Below are positions 26,801-42,847 of a stretch of 64,000 nt of DNA, in pieces. Positions within the stretch are counted from its first letter, which is position 1; each line of letters begins with the position of its first letter. This DNA is from Paragordius varius (Eukaryota > Animalia > Nematomorpha). Made by a program: the position numbers and the translations under genes. The notes under the pieces were generated by a model, which had not been told where the DNA came from, did no database searches, and worked only from the letters and a program-made list of their open reading frames with translations. The stretch spans positions 14,322,001 through 14,386,000 of the forward strand of contig OZ176052.1 of NCBI GenBank assembly GCA_964247055.1. The letters run 5' to 3'.

Positions 26801-27807
26801 TACCCAAAAAAAATTATGGTGACATCACCTGATCAAATTTGGATTTTAGGTAGCCATTTTTATTTTTAAAATCGTATAAAATAAATTTTTTAAATATTTA
26901 AAAAATTCATAAAAATTACATTTATACTCCGATCTCGAAAATATTTGGGGTGATGATGGAACTACCATAGGGCTACCCAAAAAAATTATGGTGACATCAC
27001 CTGATCAAATTTGGATTTTAGGTAGCCATTTTTATTTTTAAAATCGTATAAAATAAATTTTTTAAATATTTAAAAAATTCATAAAAATTACATTTATACT
27101 CCGATCTCGAAAATATTTGGGGTGATGATGGAACTACCATAGGGCTACGCAAAAAAAATTATGGTGACATCACCTGATCAAATTTGGATTTTAGGTAGCC
27201 ATTTTTATTTTTAAAATCGTATAAAATAAATTTTTTAAATATTTAAAAAATTCAAAAAAATTACATTTATACTCCGATCTCGACAATATTTGGGGTGATG
27301 ATGGAACTACCATAGGGCTACCCAAAAAAAATTATGGTGACATCACCTGATCAAATTTGGATTTTAGGTAGCCATTTTTATTTTTAAAATCGTATAAAAT
27401 AAATTTTTTAAATATTTAAAAAATTCATAAAAATTACATTTATACTCCGATCTCGAAAATATTTGGGGTGATGATGGAACTACCATAGGGCTACCCAAAA
27501 AAAATTATGGTGACATCACCTGATCTTGGATTTTAGGTAGCCATTTTAATTTTTAAAATTGTATAAAATAAATTTTTTAAATATTTAAAAAATTCATAAA
27601 AGTTACATTTATAGTCCGATCCCCAAAATATTTGTGGTGATGATGGAACTACCATAGGGCTACCCAAAAAAAATTATAGTGACATCACCTGATCAAATTT
27701 GGATTTTAGGTAGCGATTTTTATTTTTAAAATCGTATAAAATAAATTTTTTAAATATTTAAAAAATTCATAAAAATTACATTTATAGTCCGATCCCCAAA
27801 ATATTTG

Positions 27808-30800
27808 GGGTGATGATGGAACAACCATAGGGCTACGCAAAAAAAATTATGGCGACATCACCTGATCAAATTTGGATTTTAGGTAGCCATTTTTATTTTT
27901 AATATCGTATAAAATAAATTTTTTAAATATTTAAAAAATTCATAAAAATTACATTTATAGTCCGATCCCCAAAATATTTGGGGTGATGATGAAACTACCA
28001 TAGGGCTACCCAAAAAAAATTATAGTGACATCACCTGATCAAATTTGGATTTTAGGTAGCCATTTTTATTTTTAAAATCGTATAAAATAAATTTTTTAAA
28101 TATTTAAAAAATTCATAAAAATTACATTATAGTCCGATCCCCAAAATATTTGGGGTGATGATGGAATTACCATAGGGCTACCCACAAAAAATTATGGTGA
28201 CATCACCTGATCAAATTTGGATTTTAGGTAGCCATTTTTATTTTTAAAATCGTATAAAATATATTTTTTAAATATTTAAAAAATTCATAAAAATTACATT
28301 TATACTCCGATCTCGAAAATATTTGGGGTGATGATGGAACTACCATAGGGCTACCCAAAAAAATTATAGTGACATCACCTGATCAAATTTGGATTTTAGG
28401 TAACCATTTTTATTTTTAATATCGTATAAAATAAATTTTTTAAATATTTAAAAAATTCATAAAAATTACATTTATAGTCCGATCCCCAACATATTTGGGG
28501 TGATGATGGAACTACCATAGGGCTACCCAAAAAAAATTATAGTGACATCACCTGATCAAATTTGGATTTTAGGTAGCCATTTTTATTTTTAAAATCGTAT
28601 AAAATAAATTTTTTAAATATTTAAAAAATTCATAAAAATTACATTTATAGTCCGATCCCCAAAATATTTGGGGTGATGATGGAACTACCATAGGGCTACC
28701 CAAAAAAATTATGGTGACATCACCTGATCAAATTTGGATTTTAGGTAGCCATTTTTATTTTTAAAATCGTATAAAATAAATTTTTTAAATATTTAAAAAA
28801 TTCATAAAAATTACATTTATACTCCGATCTCGAAAATATTTGGGGTGATGATGGAACTACCATAGGGCTACCCAAAAAAATTATAGTGACATCACCTGAT
28901 CAAATTTGGATTTTAGGTAGCCATTTTTATTTTTAAAATCGTATAAAATAAATTTTTTAAATATTTAAAAAATTCATAAAAATTACATTTATAGTCCGAT
29001 CCCCAAAATATTTGGGGTGATGATGGAACTACCATAGGGCTACCCAAAAAAAATATGGTGACATCACCTGATCAAATTTGGATTTTAGGTAGCCATTTTT
29101 ATTTTTAAAATCGTATAAAATAAATTTTTTAAATATTTAAAAAATTCATAAAAATTGCATTTATACTCCGATCTCGAAAATATTTGGGGTGATGATGGAA
29201 CTACCATAGGGCTACGCAAAAAAAATTATGGTGACATCACCTGATCAAATTTGGATTTTAGGTAGCCATTTTTATTTTTAAAATCGTATAAAATAAATTT
29301 TTTAAATATTTAAAAAATTCAAAAAAATTACATTTATACTCCGATCTCGACAATATTTGGGGTGATGATGGAACTACCATGGGGCTACCCAAAAAAAATT
29401 ATGGTGACATCACCTGATCAATTTTGGATTTTAGGTAGCCATTTTTATTTTTAAAATCGTATAAAATAAATTTTTTAAATATTTAAAAAATTCATAAAAA
29501 TTACATTTATACTCCGATCTCGAAAATATTTGGGGTGATGATGGAACTACCATAGGGCTACCCAAAAAAAATTATGGTGACATCACCTGATCAAATTTGG
29601 ATTTTAGGTAGCCATTTTTATTTTTAAAATTGTATAAAATAAATTTTTTAAATATTTAAAAAATTCATAAAAGTTACATTTATAGTCCGATCCCCAAAAT
29701 ATTTGTGGTGATGATGGAACTACCATAGGGCTACCCAAAAAAAATTATGGTGACATCACCTGATCAAATTTGGATTTTAGGTAGCCATTTTTATTTTTAA
29801 AATCGTATAAAATAAATTTTTTAAATATTTAAAAAATTCATAAAAATTACATTTATAGTCCGATCCCCAAAATATTTGGGGTGATGATGGAACAACCATA
29901 GGGCTACGCAAAAAAAATTATGGCGACATCACCTGATCAAATTTGGATTTTAGGTAGCCATTTTTATTTTTAATATCGTATAAAATAAATTTTTTAAATA
30001 TTTAAAAAATTCATAAAAATTACATTTATAGTCCGATCCCCAAAATATTTGGGGTGATGATGGAACTACCATAGGGCTACCCAAAAAAAATTATAGTGAC
30101 ATCACCTGATCAAATTTGGATTTTAGGTAGCCATTTTTATTTTTAAAATCGTATAAAATAAATTTTTTAAATATTTAAAAAATTCATAAAAATTACATTT
30201 ATAGTCCGATCCCCAAAATATTTGGGGTGATGATGGAACAACCATAGGGCTACGCAAAAAAAATTATGGCGACATTACCTGATCAAATTTGGATTTTAGG
30301 TAGCCATTTTTATTTTTAATATCGTATAAAATAAATTTTTTAAATATTTAAAAAATTCATAAAAATTACATTTATAGTCCGATCCCCAAAATATTTGGGG
30401 TGATGATGGAACTACCATAGGGCTACCCAAAAAAAATTATAGTGACATCACCTGATCAAATTTGGATTTTAGGTAGCCATTTTTATTTTTAAAATCGTAT
30501 AAAATAAATTTTTTAAATATTTAAAAAATTCATAAAAATTACATTTATAGTCCGATCCCCAAAATATTTGGGGTGATGATGGAACAACCATAGGGCTACG
30601 CAAAAAAAATTATGGCGACATCACCTGATCAAATTTGGATTTTAGGTAGCCATTTTTATTTTTAAAATCGTATAAAATAAATTTTTTAAATATTTAAAAA
30701 ATTCAAAAAAATTACATTTATACTCCGATCTCGACAATATTTGGGGTGATGATGGAACTACCATAGGGCCACCCAAAAAAAATTATGGTGACATCACCTG

Positions 30801-33800
30801 ATCAAATTTGGATTTTAGGTAGCCATTTTTATTTTTAAAATCGTATAAAATAAATTTTTTAAATATTTAAAAAATTCATAAAAATTACATTTATACTCCG
30901 ATCTCGAAAATATTTGGGGTGATGATGGAACTACCATAGGGCTACCCAAAAAAAATTATGGTGACATCACCTGATCAAATTTGGATTTTAGGTAGCCATT
31001 TTTATTTTTAAAATCGTATAAAATAAATTTTTTAAATATTTAAAAAATTCATAAAAATTACATTTATACTCCGATCTCGAAAATATTTGGGGTGATGATG
31101 GAACTACCATAGGGCTACGCAAAAAAAATTATGGTGACATCACCTGATCAAATTTGGATTTTAGGTAGCCATTTTTATTTTTAAAATCGTATAAAATAAA
31201 TTTTTTAAATATTTAAAAAATTCAAAAAAATTACATTTCTACTCCGATCTCGACAATATTTGGGGTGATGATGGAACTACCATAGGGCTACCCAAAAAAA
31301 ATTATGGTGACATCACCTGATCAAATTTGGATTTTAGGTAGCCATTTTTATTTTTAAAATCGTATAAAATAAATTTTTTAAATATTTAAAAAATTCATAA
31401 AAATTACATTTATACTCCGATCTCGAAAATATTTGGGGTGATGATGGAACTACCATAGGGCTACCCAAAAAAAATTATGGTGACATCACCTGATCAAATT
31501 TGGATTTTAGGTAGCCATTTTTATTTTTAAAATTGTATAAAATAAATTTTTTAAATATTTAAAAAATTCATAAAAGTTACATTTATAGTCCGATCCCCAA
31601 AATATTTGTGGTGATGATGGAACTACCATAGGGCTACCCAAAAAAAATTATGGTGACATCACCTGATCAAATTTGGATTTTAGGTAGCCATTTTTATTTT
31701 TAAAATCGTATAAAATAAATTTTTTAAATATTTAAAAAATTCATAAAAATTACATTTATAGTCCGATCCCCAAAATATTTGGGGTGATGATGGAACAACC
31801 ATAGGGCTACGCAAAAAAAATTATGGCGACATCACCTGATCAAATTTGGATTTTAGGTAGCCATTTTTATTTTTAATATCGTATAAAATAAATTTTTTAA
31901 ATATTTAAAAAATTCATAAAAATTACATTTATAGTCCGATCCCCAAAATATTTGGGGTGATGATGGAACTACCATAGGGCTACCCAAAAAAAATTATAGT
32001 GACATCACCTGATCAAATTTGGATTTTAGGTAGCCATTTTTATTTTTAAAATCGTATAAAATATATTTTTTAAATATTTAAAAAATTCATAAAAATTACA
32101 TTTATACTCCGATCTCGAAAATATTTGGGGTGATGATGGAACTGCCATAGGGCTACCCAAAAAAAATTATGGCGACATCACCTGATCAAATTTGGATTTT
32201 AGGTAGCCATTTTTATTTTTAAAATCGTATAAAATAAATTTTTTAAATATTTAAAAAATTCATAAAAATTACATTTATAGTCCGATCCCCAAAATATTTG
32301 GGGTGATGATGGAACAACCATAGGGCTACGCAAAAAAAATTATGGCGACATCACCTGATCAAATTTGGATTTTAGGTAGCCATTTTTATTTTTAATATCG
32401 TATAAAATAAATTTTTTAAATATTTAAAAAATTCATAAAAATTACATTTATAGTCCGATCCCCAAAATATTTGGGGTGATGATGGAACTACCATAGGGCT
32501 ACCCAAAAAAAATTATAGTGACATCACCTGATCAAATTTGGATTTTAGGTAGCCATTTTTATTTTTAAAATCGTATAAAATATATTTTTTAAATATTTAA
32601 AAAATTCATAAAAATTACATTTATACTCCGATCTCGAAAATATTTGGGGTGATGATGGAACTACCATAGGGCTACCCAAAAAAAATTATGGCGACATCAC
32701 CTGATCAAATTTGGATTTTAGGTAGCCATTTTTATTTTTAAAATCGTATAAAATAAATTTTTTAAATGTTTAAAAAATTCATAAAAATTACATTTATAGT
32801 CCGATCCCCAAAATATTTGGGGTGATGATGGAATTACCATAGGGCTACCCAAAAAAAATTATGGTGACATCACCTGATCAAATTTGGATTTTATGTAGCC
32901 ATTTTTATTTTTAAAATCGTATAAAATAAATTTTTTAAATATTTAAAAAATTCATAAAAATTACATTTATAGTCCGATCCCCAAAATATTTGAGGTGATG
33001 ATGGAACAACCATAGGGCTACGCAAAAAAAAATATGGCGACATCACCTGATCAAATTTGGATTTTAGGTAGCCATTTTTATTTTTAATATCGTATAAAAT
33101 AAATTTTTTAAATATTTAAAAAATTCATAAAAATTACATTTATAGTCCGATCCCCAAAATATTTGGGGTGATGATGGAACTACCATAGGGCTACCCAAAA
33201 AAAATTATAGTGACATCACCTGATCAAATTTGGATTTTAGGTAGCCATTTTTATTTTTAAAATCGTATAAAATATATTTTTTAAATATTTAAAAAATTCA
33301 TAAAAATTACATTTATACTCCGATCTCGAAAATATTTGGGGTGATGATGGAACTACCATAGGGCTACCCAAAAAAAATTATGGCGACATCACCTGATCAA
33401 ATTTGGATTTTAGGTAGCCATTTTTATTTTTAAAATCGTATAAAATATATTTTTTAAATATTTAAAAAATTCATAAAAATTACATTTATACTCCGATCTC
33501 GAAAATATTTGGGGTGATGATGGAACTACCCTAGGGCTACCCAAAAAAAATTATAGTGACATCACCTGATCAAATTTGGATTTTAGGTAACCATTTTTAT
33601 TTTTAATATCGTATAAAATAAATTTTTTAAATATTTAAAAAATTCATAAAAATTACATTTATAGTCCGATCCCCAAAATATTTGGGGTGATGATGGAACT
33701 ACCATAGGGCTACCCAAAAAAAATTATAGTGACATCACCTGATCAAATTTGGATTTTAGGTAGCCATTTTTATTTTTAAAATCGTATAAAATAAATTTTT

Positions 33801-36800
33801 TAAATATTTAAAAAATTCATAAAAATTACATTTATACTCCGATCTCGAAAATATTTGGGGTGATGATGGAACTGCCATAGGGCTACCCAAAAAAAATTAT
33901 GGCGACATCACCTGATCAAATTTGGATTTTAGGTAGCCATTTTTATTTTTAAAATCGTATAAAATAAATTTTTTAAATATATAAAAAATTCATAAAAATT
34001 ACATTTATAGTCCGATCCCCAAAATATTTGGGGTGATGATGGAACAACCATAGGGCTACGCAAAAAAAATTATGGCGACATCACCTGATCAAATTTGGAT
34101 TTTAGGTAGCCATTTTTATTTTTAATATCGTATAAAATAAATTTTTTAAATATTTAAAAAATTCATAAAAATTACATTTATAGTCCGATCCCCAAAATAT
34201 TTGGGGTGATGATGGAACTACCATAGGGCTACCCAAAAAAAATTATAGTGACATCACCTGATCAAATTTGGATTTTAGGTAGCCATTTTTATTTTTAAAA
34301 TCGTATAAAATAAATTTTTTAAATATTTAAAAAATTCATAAAAATTACATTATAGTCCGATCCCCAAAATATTTGGGGTGATGATGGAATTACCATAGGG
34401 CTACCCACAAAAAATTATGGTGACATCACCTGATCAAATTTGGATTTTAGGTAGCCATTTTTATTTTTAAAATCGTATAAAATATATTTTTTAAATATTT
34501 AAAAAATTCATAAAAATTACATTTATACTCCGATCTCGAAAATATTTGGGGTGATGATGGAACTACCATAGGGCTACCCAAAAAAATTATAGTGACATCA
34601 CCTGATCAAATTTGGATTTTAGGTAACCATTTTTATTTTTAATATCGTATAAAATAAATTTTTTAAATATTTAAAAAATTCATAAAAATTACATTTATAG
34701 TCCGATCCCCAACATATTTGGGGTGATGATGGAACTACCATAGGGCTACCCAAAAAAAATTATAGTGACATCACCTGATCAAATTTGGATTTTAGGTAGC
34801 CATTTTTATTTTTAAAATCGTATAAAATAAATTTTTTAAATATTTAAAAAATTCATAAAAATTACATTTATAGTCCGATCCCCAAAATATTTGGGGTGAT
34901 GATGGAACTACCATAGGGCTACCCAAAAAAATTATGGTGACATCACCTGATCAAATTTGGATTTTAGGTAGCCATTTTTATTTTTAAAATCGTATAAAAT
35001 AAATTTTTTAAATATTTAAAAAATTCATAAAAATTACATTTATACTCCGATCTCGAAAATATTTGGGGTGATGATGGAACTACCATAGGGCTACCCAAAA
35101 AAATTATAGTGACATCACCTGATCAAATTTGGATTTTAGGTAGCCATTTTTATTTTTAAAATCGTATAAAATAAATTTTTTAAATATTTAAAAAATTCAT
35201 AAAAATTACATTTATAGTCCGATCCCCAAAATATTTGGGGTGATGATGGAACTACCATAGGGCTACCCAAAAAAAAATATGGTGACATCACCTGATCAAA
35301 TTTCGATTTTAGGTAGCCATTTTTATTTTTAAAATCGTATAAAATAAATTTTTTAAATATTTAAAAAATTCATAAAAATTGCATTTATACTCCGATCTCG
35401 AAAATATTTGGGGTGATGATGGAACTACCATAGGGCTACGCAAAAAAAATTATGGTGACATCACCTGATCAAATTTGGATTTTAGGTAGCCATTTTTATT
35501 TTTAAAATCGTATAAAATAAATTTTTTAAATATTTAAAAAATTCAAAAAAATTACATTTATACTCCGATCTCGACAATATTTGGGGTGATGATGGAACTA
35601 CCATGGGGCTACCCAAAAAAAATTATGGTGACATCACCTGATCAATTTTGGATTTTAGGTAGCCATTTTTATTTTTAAAATCGTATAAAATAAATTTTTT
35701 AAATATTTAAAAAATTCATAAAAATTACATTTATACTCCGATCTCGAAAATATTTGGGGTGATGATGGAACTACCATAGGGCTACCCAAAAAAAATTATG
35801 GTGACATCACCTGATCAAATTTGGATTTTAGGTAGCCATTTTTATTTTTAAAATTGTATAAAATAAATTTTTTAAATATTTAAAAAATTCATAAAAGTTA
35901 CATTTATAGTCCGATCCCCAAAATATTTGTGGTGATGATGGAACTACCATAGGGCTACCCAAAAAAAATTATGGTGACATCACCTGATCAAATTTGGATT
36001 TTAGGTAGCCATTTTTATTTTTAAAATCGTATAAAATAAATTTTTTAAATATTTAAAAAATTCATAAAAATTACATTTATAGTCCGATCCCCAAAATATT
36101 TGGGGTGATGATGGAACAACCATAGGGCTACGCAAAAAAAATTATGGCGACATCACCTGATCAAATTTGGATTTTAGGTAGCCATTTTTATTTTTAATAT
36201 CGTATAAAATAAATTTTTTAAATATTTAAAAAATTCATAAAAATTACATTTATAGTCCGATCCCCAAAATATTTGGGGTGATGATGGAACTACCATAGGG
36301 CTACCCAAAAAAAATTATAGTGACATCACCTGATCAAATTTGGATTTTAGGTAGCCATTTTTATTTTTAAAATCGTATAAAATAAATTTTTTAAATATTT
36401 AAAAAATTCATAAAAATTACATTTATAGTCCGATCCCCAAAATATTTGGGGTGATGATGGAACAACCATAGGGCTACGCAAAAAAAATTATGGCGACATC
36501 ACCTGATCAAATTTGGATTTTAGGTAGCCATTTTTATTTTTAATATCGTATAAAATAAATTTTTTAAATATTTAAAAAATTCATAAAAATTACATTTATA
36601 GTCCGATCCCCAAAATATTTGGGGTGATGATGGAACTACCATAGGGCTACCCAAAAAAAATTATAGTGACATCACCTGATCAAATTTGGATTTTAGGTAG
36701 CCATTTTTATTTTTAAAATCGTATAAAATAAATTTTTTAAATATTTAAAAAATTCATAAAAATTACATTTATAGTCCGATCCCCAAAATATTTGGGGTGA

Positions 36801-39800
36801 TGATGGAACAACCATAGGGCTACGCAAAAAAAATTATGGCGACATCACCTGATCAAATTTGGATTTTAGGTAGCCATTTTTATTTTTAAAATCGTATAAA
36901 ATAAATTTTTTAAATATTTAAAAAATTCAAAAAAATTACATTTATACTCCGATCTCGACAATATTTGGGGTGATGATGGAACTACCATAGGGCCACCCAA
37001 AAAAAATTATGGTGACATCACCTGATCAAATTTGGATTTTAGGTAGCCATTTTTATTTTTAAAATCGTATAAAATAAATTTTTTAAATATTTAAAAAATT
37101 CATAAAAATTACATTTATACTCCGATCTCGAAAATATTTGGGGTGATGATGGAACTACCATAGGGCTACCCAAAAAAAATTATGGTGACATCACCTGATC
37201 AAATTTGGATTTTAGGTAGCCATTTTTATTTTTAAAATCGTATAAAATAAATTTTTTAAATATTTAAAAAATTCATAAAAATTACATTTATACTCCGATC
37301 TCGAAAATATTTGGGGTGATGATGGAACTACCATAGGGCTACGCAAAAAAAATTATGGTGACATCACCTGATCAAATTTGGATTTTAGGTAGCCATTTTT
37401 ATTTTTAAAATCGTATAAAATAAATTTTTTAAATATTTAAAAAATTCAAAAAAATTACATTTCTACTCCGATCTCGACAATATTTGGGGTGATGATGGAA
37501 CTACCATAGGGCTACCCAAAAAAAATTATGGTGACATCACCTGATCAAATTTGGATTTTAGGTAGCCATTTTTATTTTTAAAATCGTATAAAATAAATTT
37601 TTTAAATATTTAAAAAATTCATAAAAATTACATTTATACTCCGATCTCGAAAATATTTGGGGTGATGATGGAACTACCATAGGGCTACCCAAAAAAAATT
37701 ATGGTGACATCACCTGATCAAATTTGGATTTTAGGTAGCCATTTTTATTTTTAAAATTGTATAAAATAAATTTTTTAAATATTTAAAAAATTCATAAAAG
37801 TTACATTTATAGTCCGATCCCCAAAATATTTGTGGTGATGATGGAACTACCATAGGGCTACCCAAAAAAAATTATGGTGACATCACCTGATCAAATTTGG
37901 ATTTTAGGTAGCCATTTTTATTTTTAAAATCGTATAAAATAAATTTTTTAAATATTTAAAAAATTCATAAAAATTACATTTATAGTCCGATCCCCAAAAT
38001 ATTTGGGGTGATGATGGAACAACCATAGGGCTACGCAAAAAAAATTATGGCGACATCACCTGATCAAATTTGGATTTTAGGTAGCCATTTTTATTTTTAA
38101 TATCGTATAAAATAAATTTTTTAAATATTTAAAAAATTCATAAAAATTACATTTATAATCCGATCCCCAAAATATTTGGGGTGATGATGGAACTACCATA
38201 GGGCTACCCAAAAAAAATTATAGTGACATCACCTGATCAAATTTGGATTTTAGGTAGCCATTTTTATTTTTAAAATCGTATAAAATATATTTTTTAAATA
38301 TTTAAAAAATTCATAAAAATTACATTTATACTCCGATCTCGAAAATATTTGGGGTGATGATGGAACTGCCATAGGGCTACCCAAAAAAAATTATGGCGAC
38401 ATCACCTGATCAAATTTGGATTTTAGGTAGCCATTTTTATTTTTAAAATCGTATAAAATAAATTTTTTAAATATTTAAAAAATTCATAAAAATTACATTT
38501 ATAGTCCGATCCCCAAAATATTTGGGGTGATGATGGAACAACCATAGGGCTACGCAAAAAAAATTATGGCGACATCACCTGATCAAATTTGGATTTTAGG
38601 TAGCCATTTTTATTTTTAATATCGTATAAAATAAATTTTTTAAATATTTAAAAAATTCATAAAAATTACATTTATAGTCCGATCCCCAAAATATTTGGGG
38701 TGATGATGGAACTACCATAGGGCTACCCAAAAAAAATTATAGTGACATCACCTGATCAAATTTGGATTTTAGGTAGCCATTTTTATTTTTAAAATCGTAT
38801 AAAATATATTTTTTAAATATTTAAAAAATTCATAAAAATTACATTTATACTCCGATCTCGAAAATATTTGGGGTGATGATGGAACTACCATAGGGCTACC
38901 CAAAAAAAATTATGGCGACATCACCTGATCAAATTTGGATTTTAGGTAGCCATTTTTATTTTTAAAATCGTATAAAATAAATTTTTTAAATGTTTAAAAA
39001 ATTCATAAAAATTACATTTATAGTCCGATCCCCAAAATATTTGGGGTGATGATGGAATTACCATAGGGCTACCCAAAAAAAATTATGGTGACATCACCTG
39101 ATCAAATTTGGATTTTATGTAGCCATTTTTATTTTTAAAATCGTATAAAATAAATTTTTTAAATATTTAAAAAATTCATAAAAATTACATTTATAGTCCG
39201 ATCCCCAAAATATTTGAGGTGATGATGGAACAACCATAGGGCTACGCAAAAAAAAATATGGCGACATCACCTGATCAAATTTGGATTTTAGGTAGCCATT
39301 TTTATTTTTAATATCGTATAAAATAAATTTTTTAAATATTTAAAAAATTCATAAAAATTACATTTATAGTCCGATCCCCAAAATATTTGGGGTGATGATG
39401 GAACTACCATAGGGCTACCCAAAAAAAATTATAGTGACATCACCTGATCAAATTTGGATTTTAGGTAGCCATTTTTATTTTTAAAATCGTATAAAATATA
39501 TTTTTTAAATATTTAAAAAATTCATAAAAATTACATTTATACTCCGATCTCGAAAATATTTGGGGTGATGATGGAACTACCATAGGGCTACCCAAAAAAA
39601 ATTATGGCGACATCACCTGATCAAATTTGGATTTTAGGTAGCCATTTTTATTTTTAAAATCGTATAAAATATATTTTTTAAATATTTAAAAAATTCATAA
39701 AAATTACATTTATACTCCGATCTCGAAAATATTTGGGGTGATGATGGAACTACCCTAGGGCTACCCAAAAAAAATTATAGTGACATCACCTGATCAAATT

Positions 39801-40050
39801 TGGATTTTAGGTAACCATTTTTATTTTTAATATCGTATAAAATAAATTTTTAAATATTTAAAAAATTCATAAAAATTACATTTATAGTCCGATCCCCAAA
39901 ATATTTGGGGTGATGATGGAACTACCATAGGGCTACCCAAAAAAAATTATAGTGACATCACCTGATCAAATTTGGATTTTAGGTAGCCATTTTTATTTTT
40001 AAAATCGTATAAAATAAATTTTTTAAATATTTAAAAAATTCATAAAAATT
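27808..40050. repeat. 36-monomer (6223-6224 bp) near-perfect tandem duplication
   Basis: Nine rare variants recur at +6223/6224: CCAACAT 28490/34713, ATTGCAT 29157/35381, CATGGGG 29381/35605, GGCCACC 30770/36994, TTTCTAC 31239/37463, ACTGCC 32144/38368, TTATGTAG 32894/39118, TGAGGTG 32993/39217 and CCCTAG 33531/39755. Confidence 0.95.
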
Positions 40051-42847
40051 ACATTTATAGTCCGATCCCCAAAATATTTGGGGTGATGATGGAATTACCA
40101 TAGGGCTACCCAAAAAAAATTATGGTGACATCACCTGATCAAATTTGGATTTTAGGTAGCCATTTTTATTTTTAAAATCGTATAAAATATATTTTTTAAA
40201 TATTTAAAAAATTCATAAAAATTACATTTATACTCCGATCTCGAAAATATTTGGGGTGATGATGGAACTACCCTAGGGCTACCCAAAAAAAATTATAGTG
40301 ACATCACCTGATCAAATTTGGATTTTAGGTAACCATTTTTATTTTTAATATCGTATAAAATAACTTTTTTAAATATTTAAAAAATTCATAAAAATTACAT
40401 TTATAGTCCGATCCCCAAAATATTTGGGGTGATGATGGAACTACCATAGGGCTACCCAAAAAAAATTATGGTGACATCACCTGATCAAATTTGGATTTTA
40501 GGTAGCCATTTTTATTTTTAAAATCGTATAAAATATATTTTTTAAATATTTAAAAAATTCATAAAAATTACATTTATACTCCGATCTCGAAAATATTTGG
40601 GGTGATGATGGAACTGCCATAGGGCTACCCAAAAAAAATTATGGCGACATCACCTGATCAAATTTGGATTTTAGGTAGCCATTTTTATTTTTAAAATCGT
40701 ATAAAATAAATTTTTTAAATATTTAAAAAATTCATAAAAATTACATTTATAGTCCGATCCCCAAAATATTTGGGGTGATGATGGAACAACCATAGGGCTA
40801 CGCAAAAAAAATTATGGCGACATCACCTGATCAAATTTGGATTTTAGGTAGCCATTTTTATTTTTAATATCGTATAAAATAAATTTTTTAAATATTTAAA
40901 AAATTCATAAAAATTACATTTATAGTCCGATCCCCAAAATATTTGGGGTGATGATGGAACTACCATAGGGCTACCCAAAAAAAATTATAGTGACATCACC
41001 TGATCAAATTTGGATTTTAGGTAGCCATTTTTATTTTTAAAATCGTATAAAATATATTTTTTAAATATTTAAAAAATTCATAAAAATTACATTTATACTC
41101 CGATCTCGAAAATATTTGGGGTGATGATGGAACTACCATAGGGCTACCCAAAAAAAATTATGGCGACATCACCTGATCAAATTTGGATTTTAGGTAGCCA
41201 TTTTTATTTTTAAAATCGTATAAAATAAATTTTTTAAATGTTTAAAAAATTCATAAAAATTACATTTATAGTCCGATCCCCAAAATATTTGGGGTGATGA
41301 TGGAATTACCATAGGGCTACCCAAAAAAAATTATGGTGACATCACCTGATCAAATTTGGATTTTATGTAGCCATTTTTATTTTTAAAATCGTATAAAATA
41401 AATTTTTTAAATATTTAAAAAATTCATAAAAATTACATTTATAGTCCGATCCCCAAAATATTTGAGGTGATGATGGAACAACCATAGGGCTACGCAAAAA
41501 AAATTATGGCGACATCACCTGATCAAATTTGGATTTTAGGTAGCCATTTTTATTTTTAATATCGTATAAAATAAATTTTTTAAATATTTAAAAAATTCAT
41601 AAAAATTACATTTATAGTCCGATCCCCAAAATATTTGGGGTGATGATGGAACTACCATAGGGCTACCCAAAAAAAATTATAGTGACATCACCTGATCAAA
41701 TTTGGATTTTAGGTAGCCATTTTTATTTTTAAAATCGTATAAAATATATTTTTTAAATATTTAAAAAATTCATAAAAATTACATTTATACTCCGATCTCG
41801 AAAATATTTGGGGTGATGATGGAACTACCATAGGGCTACCCAAAAAAAATTATGGCGACATCACCTGATCAAATTTGGATTTTAGGTAGCCATTTTTATT
41901 TTTAAAATCGTATAAAATATATTTTTTAAATATTTAAAAAATTCATAAAAATTACATTTATACTCCGATCTCGAAAATATTTGGGGTGATGATGGAACTA
42001 CCCTAGGGCTACCCAAAAAAAATTATAGTGACATCACCTGATCAAATTTGGATTTTAGGTAACCATTTTTATTTTTAATATCGTATAAAATAAATTTTTT
42101 AAATATTTAAAAAATTCATAAAAATTACATTTATAGTCCGATCCCCAAAATATTTGGGGTGATGATGGAACTACCATAGGGCTACCCAAAAAAAATTATA
42201 GTGACATCACCTGATCAAATTTGGATTTTAGGTAGCCATTTTTATTTTTAAAATCGTATAAAATAAATTTTTTAAATATTTAAAAAATTCATAAAAATTA
42301 CATTTATAGTCCGATCCCCAAAATATTTGGGGTGATGATGGAATTACCATAGGGCTACCCAAAAAAAATTATGGTGACATCACCTGATCAAATTTGGATT
42401 TTAGGTAGCCATTTTTATTTTTAAAATCGTATAAAATATATTTTTTAATATTTAAAAAATTCATAAAAATTACATTTATACTCCGATCTCGAAAATATTT
42501 GGGGTGATGATGGAACTACCCTAGGGCTACCCAAAAAAAATTATAGTGACATCACCTGATCAAATTTGGATTTTAGGTAACCATTTTTATTTTTAATATC
42601 GTATAAAATAAATTTTTTAAATATTTAAAAAATTCATAAAAATTACATTTATAGTCCGATCCCCAAAATATTTGGGGTGATGATGGAACTACCATAGGGC
42701 TACCCAAAAAAAATTATGGTGACATCACCTGATCAAATTTGGATTTTAGGTAGCCATTTTTATTTTTAAAATCGTATAAAATATATTTTTTAAATATTTA
42801 AAAAATTCATAAAAATTACATTTATACTCCGATCTCGAAAATATTTG
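38352..42847. repeat. 13-monomer (2248 bp) tandem duplication overlapping the end of the 36-mer duplication
   Basis: ACTGCC is at 38368/40616, TTATGTAG at 39118/41366, TGAGGTG at 39217/41465 and CCCTAG at 39755/42003. Confidence 0.92.
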
